Positions 56,141 through 64,000 of a stretch of DNA of 64,000 nucleotides are shown one piece after another. The stretch spans positions 32,001-96,000 of the forward strand of contig CAVPHD010000003.1 of NCBI GenBank assembly GCA_963704165.1. Reading direction: 5' to 3'. Each line of letters opens with the position of its first letter. Positions within the stretch are counted from its first letter, which is position 1. Under the pieces are notes generated by a model. That model searched no databases, was not told the DNA's origin, and worked only from the letters and a program-made list of their open reading frames with translations. A program made the translations under genes and the position numbers. This DNA comes from an uncultured delta proteobacterium. GTDB taxonomy: Bacteria; Myxococcota_A; UBA9160; SZUA-336.

Positions 56141-58790
56141 TCAGTAGTTCTGGCCGCCGAGAGAGAATTCGAAAACCGAGCCGTCCTCGTCCTCGTAGGG
56201 ATCGAGCGGGAATCCGAGCACCACCAGGATCGGCCCGAACGGGCTGAACCACTGGATTCCCGCCCCGGTGCCGAATCGGAAATCGGCGGGATTGATGAAA
56301 TCGTCCTCCGCGAACGAGTTTCCCATGTCGAGGAAGATCATGCCGGAAAGACCCATCTCCTCCGAGATCGGGAACTGCAGCTCCAGGTTCACGAGCATCA
56401 TCGAGTTCCCGCCGATCACGTCGGTCGCGTCGAGGTCGTTGAAGTCGTCGATGTCCCTGTCGTCGACGCTATTGCACTCGTTCGGACCGAAACGGCAGAA
56501 ATCCGGACCGATCACCGAGTACCCGAACGGGGAGAACGCGACGTCGGGGCCGTCGGTCGCCTGGGTCTGCTCGAGGATCGTCCGCCGCGGGCCGAGCGAG
56601 CGCTGCTCGAAGCCCCGGACCTGGAACGCGCCGAGACCGCCGAGGAAGTATCGCTCGGTCAGTGGAAGCTCGAGATCGCGATCGATGTTCCCGAGCGCGC
56701 GAATCTGGTTGTTCGGGTCCAGCGCGAGAAGCGCTGCGCACTCGGACATGGGGTCTTCGCCGCAGCCGGGCAGGTCGTAGTCGGAGATGTCGTTCCAGGG
56801 CAGCGCGTAGCCGACGCGCGAGTTGAAGACGAAGGTCGACTCGAACGGCATCCACCTCCCGAGCGGGACGAAGTGCGTCGTGCGGCCTTCCAGTCGCAGG
56901 AACTGGGAGAAGCCGCCGAGTCCGGCGAAGTCGACGTTGATGCCGCGTGATGTGCCCGGATTTCGGGAACCGGATGTCGTCGCGCGTGTCGCGACGCAAC
57001 GAGAGGTTCACGAGCGATGTCGTCGTGTCGCCCTGGTACTCCTCGCGCTCGAGAAGCGACGCGGCCTGGAACTCCTCGAAGCCCGAGACCTTCCGGCTCG
57101 CGAACGAGTAGCCCGTGCTGACGAAGGTCTCGCCCTCGTCGAGCGGATAGCCGACCGAAACCGCGAAGCCGGATTGCTCCTGATCGAAGTCGTTGTACTC
57201 GCTCTTCGAGCTGTTCAGCGTCAGCGAGAGCGTGGCGGCCGATCCGAGCACGTACGGCTCGACGAAGCGGACGTAGTAGTAGTGGTTCTGGGAGCCCATG
57301 TCGGCTCCGGCCGAGAGCGAGCGACCGGTTCCGAAGAGATTCTCCTGGGTGATCGATCCCGAGACGATGAACCCGTCGACCGATCCCACGCCTGCGCCGA
57401 AGCTGAAGCTTCCCGTCGGGCGCTCGACCAGGTCCACGGTCATCGCGACGCGGTTCGGAACGTCCGTCGGCCGGGCCCGGACCTCGACCTCCTCGAAGTA
57501 CCCGAGCCGCTGGACGCGCATCTTGCTGTTCGCGACCGCCTGCGCGGAGTAGAGCTCCCCCTCGTTGATCGAAAGCTGGCGACGCACGACGGTGTCGGCC
57601 GTGCGCACGTTTCCGTTCACGTCGATTCCCTCGACGAAGTAGAGCTCGCCCTTCTTGACCTCGAACGAGGTCGCGATCTCCTTCTTGTCGGGATCGACGT
57701 TCGTGATCGGATTCACCGACGCGTCGAAGAAGCCGCGGTCGGCGTAGTACCCGCGGAGTCGATCGACGTCGGCCGAGAGCGTCGAGCGGCTGAAGACCTC
57801 GCCGGGGTGGAGCTCGACGAGCCCGAAGAGCTGCGCGCGGTCCATCGTCTCGTCACCGAGGATGTCGACGGTCCCGACGACGAACTGCGGCCCCTCGGCG
57901 ATGTCGACGGCGACGACGATCCCCTCCTCGGAGACGCTCACCTCGGGCTGCCCGATCGAAACGCGGACGTAGCCCTCGTCCATGTACAGGCGTTGGATCT
58001 TGTCGAGGTCCTGGTAGAAGATCGGCTCGGCGTACAGCCCCGAGTTGTCCCAGAGCTGCGAGACGTACGACGTGAAACCCCACGTCTTGGTCTGCATCAC
58101 CTTCTCGAGCCGACCGTCGGAGAGCGCTTCGTTCCCGCGGAAGTCGATCTCGGTCAGGCGCAACTTCTTGCCCTCGACCACGTCGAAGTTCACGCCGACG
58201 GATCCCTCCCCCATCGGCTCGAGCACGTACTTCACCTTGGCCAGGTAGTACCCCTTGGCCTGGTACTGCGCCTCGATGCGCGCGGCGTTCTCGAGCAGCA
58301 GCGGGTAATCGACGGTCGATCCGACCGTGATGGTGAGCTTCTCCTTGATGTCGTCGGAGCCGAGTTCCTCGTTTCCGGTGATGCTGACCTGTCGGATCAC
58401 CGGGTTCTCGACGACGACGTAGCTGACGATCGCGCCGCCGTTCGCGGCGCGCGTCACCTCGATGCGCACGTCGTGAAAGAAGCCAAGACCGTAGATGCGG
58501 CGCACGTCCTGCGCGATGCGCCCGCGGTCGAGGGGTTCGCCGACCTTCGTGCCGATCACCGCCTTGATCGCGTCCGGTTCGATCCGCCGGGTTCCCTCGA
58601 CGATCACCTCCTGGACGATGGATCCGCGCTCCTCGAGTGCGAGCTCGGCGTTCGACTCCGAAGCGAGGTCGGTCGGCCCGGGCTCTTGCGCGAGGGCCGC
58701 GCTCGCGAGCACGAGCGCAATCGCGTGCGCGAAGGCGCGCGCGCATCGGCCGATCCGGAAGCGAGATCTCGATGTTCGCGCGCGTCCCAT
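56141..58790 (-). CDS. bamA: Outer membrane protein assembly factor BamA (frameshift near 56945)
   Basis: POTRA repeats (GTRRIE, LGYFEEV, ERPTGSFSFG), VRGF, WFSPFGP, FEFSLG C-terminus. Confidence 0.95.
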
Positions 58791-58812
58791 TCCCTCTACA
58801 CCGTCCCGCGTC

Positions 58813-59484
58813 CTAGGACGCGAGTCGCCCCTCGACGAGATAGCACTTCTTCGCAAGACGATTCGCGAGCTTCTCGTTGTGGGTGACGAGCACCAGCGCC
58901 GTACCTGCATCGGCGTTCAGCTTCAGGAAGAGATCGACGACTTCATCGGCCGTGTGAGGATCGAGATTCCCGGTCGGCTCGTCGGCGAGCACGACCGACG
59001 GCCCCTGCACCAGCGCGCGTGCGATGGCGACGCGCTGGCGCTCACCGCCCGAGAGCTTGCCCGGCCCATGACGCAGGCGGTGCCCGAGCCCGACGGCGGT
59101 CAAGATCGCCCGCGCTCGGTCGCGTGCTTCGCGGCGCGAAACGCCCGCGAGCAGGCAGGGCATCATCACGTTCTCCTCCGCGTCGAACTCGGGCAGCAGA
59201 TGGTGGGACTGGAAGACGAAGCCGAGCGTGCGATTGCGGAACTCCGCGACCTCGTCGGGCGGAAGCGCCGTCAGGTCGCGGCCCCCGTACAGCACCTGTC
59301 CCGAGGTCGGTCGGTCGAGGCCCCCGAGCACGTGCAGGAGCGTGGACTTCCCCGCGCCCGAGACTCCGAGCACCGCCACCGACTCGCCGGGTGCGAGCCG
59401 GAGATTCAACCCTGACAAAACCTCGATCGTCTCGTCGCCGAGCTGGAAGCGCTTCACGACGTCGCGGGCTTCGAGCTCACTCAT
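58813..59484 (-). CDS. lolD: Lipoprotein-releasing ABC ATPase
   Basis: GVSGAGKSTLL, GFVFQSHHLL, LSGGERQR, ADEPTGNLD. Confidence 0.92.
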   Translation of the reverse strand: MSELEARDVVKRFQLGDETIEVLSGLNLRLAPGESVAVLGVSGAGKSTLLHVLGGLDRPTSGQVLYGGRDLTALPPDEVAEFRNRTLGFVFQSHHLLPEFDAEENVMMPCLLAGVSRREARDRARAILTAVGLGHRLRHGPGKLSGGERQRVAIARALVQGPSVVLADEPTGNLDPHTADEVVDLFLKLNADAGTALVLVTHNEKLANRLAKKCYLVEGRLAS

Positions 59485-61242
59485 ATCGCAGCGCCTCCGC
59501 GGGATCGAGGCGCGAAGCCTGCCACGAGGGCAGAAGCGTCGCACCGATCGAGAGTACCATCGCGATGAGCGAGATCAGGGCGAGCTGCGTGGGCTCGACC
59601 GCGTGGGGGAGTTCCTGGAGCTGGTAGATGTTCGGCGGTAGCACGTCGAAGCCGAAGGTCCGCTCGACGATCGATTGGATCACGTCGAGGTTCTGCGTGA
59701 TCACGAGCCCCATCCCGACCCCGAGCGCGAGCCCGGCGACGCCGATCAGGAAGCCCTCGATCGCGAACACCCGCAGAATGCCGTCGTCCGTACAGCCCAT
59801 CGTCTTCAGGATCGCGATGTCCTGACTCTTCTCCATGATCATCATGATCAGCGTCGCGACGATGATGAATCCCGCCACGACCATGATGAAGCTCAAGAGC
59901 ACGAACATCATCACGCGTTCGGTCTTCAGCGCCTGGAAGAAACCCGGGAAGTATTCCTTCCAGTCGCGCGTGTAGTACACGCCCGCGTCGCCGAGCGCGT
60001 CCTCGACGTCGAGCGCGGTCGTCCTCGACGTGTAGGCGTCGCGCGTGCGCACCTCGACGCCCTGCGAGACGTCGCCGAGCTTCATGAACTTCTGCGCGGC
60101 GGGGAGGCTCGAGTACACGAAGCCTTCGTCGAACTGGAAGAAGTCGGAGCGGAAGATCCCGGCGACGCGGAAGCGCTCGAGCCGCGGCGCCGGTCCGAGC
60201 GGCGTCGGAGCGCCGCCCATCGGCGAGATCAGGACGATCGCGTCGCCGGTACGCAGCAGAAAGCGATTCGCGAGCTCGGCGCCGACGATCAGGCCGGGCA
60301 AGCGCTCGATCTCGTCGCCGTCGGGATTCGGCGCGAGGTCGTCGAGCGAGCCCGCGCGAATCGTCTCGACGAGCTGGGTCGCGTCGGCCACGGTGCCCGG
60401 ATCGATGCCCTTGAGCACGATCGCCTGCAGCTCGCCTTCGCGCCCGCGCAGGATCGCGTCGGCGGCGAGGAAAGGCGTCGCACCGAGAACGCCCGGCACC
60501 TCGAAGCACCCGTTCGCGGACGTCGAGGTAGTTCGGGTACGCACCCTCGCGCGAGAGCACCGAGAAGTGCGCGCGCGCGCCGACGATCTTCTCCTCCCAC
60601 ATCGAGGAGAAGCCGTTCATCACCGACAGCACCACGGTGATCACCGCGACGCCGAGCGCCACGCCGACCACGCAGATCACCGAGATGATCGAGATGAACG
60701 TCTGGCGCCGTCGCGCGACCAGGTAGCGCAGCGAGATGAACCACTCGACCGGACGCGTGCGCCGGTGCTCGACGAGTCCGGCGATGACGAGCGGCCAGAC
60801 GCCGAGCGCGGTCAGCAGCAGGAGGGACGCGGCGATCGAGACGGCGGCCTGTCCGGTGTCCGCCCAGCCCGGAGTGAGCAGGCCGATCAGGAACAGAGCG
60901 CCGCAGACGGCGAGCACGGCGCCCGAGAGCCAGGTCAGCGCGCGGTGGAGTCTTCGCGCGCGCACGAGTCCCCAGGCGACGAGCGCGGTCGCGAGCTGTC
61001 CGGCGGGTGGCGCGAGCGGCGCCGGCGCTTCGAGCCAGATCGCCAGGATCGCGGCGAGACCGGTCGCGACCCGCGATCCAGGGCAGCGCGACGCGAGCGG
61101 GCCGCACGAACCGCAGGAAGTGCCCGAGGATCATCGCGGCCGAGCCCGAGAAGAACACGAACATCAGCCCGAATCCGAGCGCGATCAGCGCGACCAGGCT
61201 CGCGGACACGAAGCCGAGCGAGCGCGAGACGATCTCAATCAT
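59477..61242 (-). CDS. LolC/E lipoprotein-releasing permease with an extra N-terminal membrane domain (frameshifts near 61070 and 60510)
   Basis: EWFISLRYL...FISIIS...[35 protein letters not shown]. Confidence 0.88.
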
Positions 61243-62736
61243 CGCGCGGCCGCAGGTGCGGGAAGAGCTTCACCTCGCGCAGGTGACTCGCTCCGGTGAG
61301 CATCATCGCGAGCCGGCCGATGCCCAGACCCATCCCGCCCGTCGGCGGCATGCCGTGCTCGAGCGCGCGCAGGAAGTCCTCGTCGAGCGGCTGCGCGCCG
61401 ACGTCGCCCGCCCGGCTCGCCTCGAGCCTGTTCCAGGAACCGCTGGCGCTGATCGTCCGGATCGTTCAGCTCGCTGAAGGCGTTGCAGATCTCGATTCCG
61501 CCCATGAAGCCCTCGAATCGCTCGACCATCTGCGGTCGGCTCGCCTCGCGCTTGGCGAGCGGCGAGAGCGCGGCCGGGTACTCGATCACGAAGGTAGGCG
61601 AGATCAGGCTCGGCTCGACCGTCTCCGAGAACACGTCGTCCACCAGCCCCGCCCAGCTCGTCGCCGTAGACGGATCGACGTTCGGCACGCCCGCTTGCTT
61701 CACCGCCCTTCGCGCAGCGTCTCGAGCGTCGGTCGCGGCGTGAATGTCGATCCCGCAGGCCTCGCGGATCAGGTCGGCCATGGCGCGGCGCGGCCAGGGC
61801 GGGGTCAGGTCGAGCTTCCGGCCCTCGCGCTCGATCGAGAGCGTTCCGAGCACGCGCTCGGCCGCGTGCGCCACCATGCTCTCGACCAGCTCCATCATGT
61901 CCTCGAAGTCGGCGTAGGCCTGGTAGACCTCGAGCATCGTGAACTCGGGGTTGTGCTTCTTCGAGACGCCCTCGTTGCGGAAGTCACGCCCGATCTCGTA
62001 GACGCGATCGAGCCCACCGATCACCAGGCGCTTCAGGTACAGCTCGAACGAGACGCGCAGGAAGAGCGTCTGGTCGTAGGTGTTGTGCACGGTGGTGAAC
62101 GGGCGCGCGTTCGCGCCGCCGTAGATCGGCTGCAGGATCGGCGTCTCGACCTCGAGGAAGCCGCGTCCGTCGAGGAAGTCGCGAATCGCGCTGATCATGC
62201 GCGAGCGCATCACGAAGATCTGGCGCGACTCGGGATTGGTGAGCACGTCGAGGTAGCGCTGCCGATAGCGCGCCTCGACGTCCTGCAGGCCGTGGAACTT
62301 CTCGGGCAGCGGCCGGTACGACTTCGCCAGAAACCCCTGCTCGCGCGCTTCGATCGTCAGCTCGCCCTTCTGCGTGCGCACGAGCGCCCCGCGCGCGAAG
62401 ATGAAGTCGCCGACCTCGTACAGCCGGACGCGCTTCCCAGACGGCGTCGCCGAGCGCGTCCTTCTTCAGCCAGACCTGCAATCCCTCGCCATCGCCCTGG
62501 AGGGTCGCGAACGCCATCTTGCCGAACGAGCGCAGCGCGACGATCCGTCCCGCGATGCAGAACGTGACCGCGGCCTCGGCGAGCGCAGCGGCGTCGGCGC
62601 TGCCGAAGCGCGCGAGGATCTCGGGAATCGAGGTGCGATCGCGCGGCACGCGCGCCGGAAACAGATCGACGCCGTGCTCGCGCAGCCGTTCGGCGCGCGC
62701 GCGCCGCGAAGCCAGGATCTCCTGCTCGGTCGCCAC
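61239..62736 (-). CDS. lysS: Lysine--tRNA ligase, class II (several frameshifts)
   Basis: AGRI...[57 protein letters not shown]. Confidence 0.95.
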
Positions 62737-62739
62737 GGG

Positions 62740-63860
62740 CTACGCGTCTCCTTGCAGAAGATAGGCGCGGATCAGCTCGTCGAGGTCGCCGTCGAGCACG
62801 GCCGCGGCGTTGCCGATCTCGAAGTCGGTGCGGTGGTCCTTCACGCGCTGCGAGGGGTGCAGCGTGTACGAGCGGATCTGCATGCCGAAATCGATCTTCT
62901 TCTTCTCGCCGGCCACGCGCTCGACCTCGGCCTCGTGCTCGAGCCGCGCCTTCTCGTAGAGCTTCGCGCGCAGGACCTTCATCGCGTGCGCCTTGTTCTT
63001 GTGCTGGCTGCGCTCGCTCTGGCACTGCACGACGATTCCCGAGGGAAGGTGCGTGAGGCGCACGGCCGAGTCGGTCTTGTTCACGTGCTGCCCGCCCGCG
63101 CCCCCGGCGCGGTAGGTGTCGATGCGCAGGTCCTTCTCGTCGATCTCGACCTCGATCTCGTCGCCGATGTCGGGCATCATCGACAGCGCCGCGAACGCGG
63201 TCTGGCGTCGCTTGTTGGCGTCGAACGGAGAGATGCGCACCAGCCGGTGAATGCCGATCTCGCTGCGCAGGTAGCCGTAGGCGTGCTGGCCCTTCGACCG
63301 TGAACGTGACGCCCTTGATCCCGGCCTCTTCGCCGGCCTGGATGTCGATGATCTCGGCCGCGAAGCCGTGGCGCTCGCACCAGCGCAGGTACATGCGCAG
63401 CAGCATCTCCGCCCAGTCCTGCGAATCCGTGCCGCCCGCACCCGCGTTGATCGAGACGATCGCGTCGAGCGCGTCGTGCTCTCCCGAGAGCATGCGCGAG
63501 AGCTCCGCCTCTTCGAGCCGGATGCGCAGGGTGGCAAGCGACTTCTCGGCTTCGGCGACCGCGTCCACATCCGCCGCCTCGCTCGCGAGTTCGAGCATGA
63601 CGTCGGCGTCTTCGACGAGCTTGTCCGTCTCGGCGAAGAAGTCCAGCGTGCGCTCTAGCTCGCGCTGCTCGCGGAGCGTCTTCTCGGCGCGCTCGCGGTC
63701 TTCCCAAAGGGAGGGGTCGGACGCGGCCCGCTGCAGCTCCTCGAGCTTCGCCTGCTTCGCGTCCAGGTCAAAGATGCCTCCGCAGCTCCGCGAGTCGCTC
63801 GCGAAGCCCCGGCAGCTCATCCCGAAGCTCGCGAATCCTGGCGCTCAGGTCTTCGGACAC
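62740..63860 (-). CDS. prfB: Peptide chain release factor 2 (programmed +1 frameshift; an additional probable sequencing indel near 63290)
   Basis: [13 protein letters not shown] (SPF), GGQ, QIRSY; 30-codon first ORF ending CAT CTT TGA C. Confidence 0.96.
63767..63781 (-). promoter_or_regulatory. RF2 programmed +1 frameshift signal
   Basis: GGAGG-CAT-CTT-TGA-C: internal SD 3 nt before CTT TGA C. Confidence 0.95.
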
Positions 63861-63943
63861 GGACTCCCCCTTGGCGAGTTCCGTGATAGCAAATGAGCCC
63901 TATCCGGGCATGCCGTCGGCTCTCGATTCCGGGCGGGACGGCG

Positions 63944-63985
63944 GCCCTGGCTCGGCGCGCGAGGATCCGCACGCCGAGCCAGGGC
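63944..63985. repeat. Perfect 14-bp inverted repeat (hairpin) upstream of prfB
   Basis: gccctggctcggcg (63944-63957) pairs with cgccgagccagggc (63972-63985). Confidence 0.75.
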
Positions 63986-64000
63986 GGAATCGAAACGGCT

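Overview
GC-rich bacterial core-chromosome segment. Gene content and order suggest a Myxococcota/deltaproteobacterial-type diderm (inference, not confirmed). From left to right it holds an rRNA operon start on the minus strand (16S, tRNA-Ile, tRNA-Ala, 5' end of 23S), zapB-zapA-ygfA-tyrS, gltBD, glpK-glpQ, a D-aminoacylase, smc-ftsY, a heterodimeric ABC exporter, rpmB-msbA, a 10-gene heme-copper oxidase operon, yicC-remA-gmk-rel, and a long envelope/LPS cluster from prfB-lysS-lolC/E-lolD-bamA-skp-fabZ-lpxA through lpxB-waaA-lpxK-bioB-kdsA, with heptosyltransferases, lptF and an LPS kinase. Many essential genes carry single-base frameshifts that look like long-read errors; the prfB CTT-TGA-C site is a genuine programmed frameshift. 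The most notable signal is the oxidase operon (27994-34634). Subunit I keeps all metal ligands, the HPEVY tyrosine and the D-channel entry, but by manual alignment lacks the K proton channel (Lys->Met, Thr->Ile, Ser->Ala) and carries two extra intramembrane Glu residues. The operon also encodes two small membrane proteins that the ORF track does not call separately. No mobile elements or CRISPR arrays were seen.
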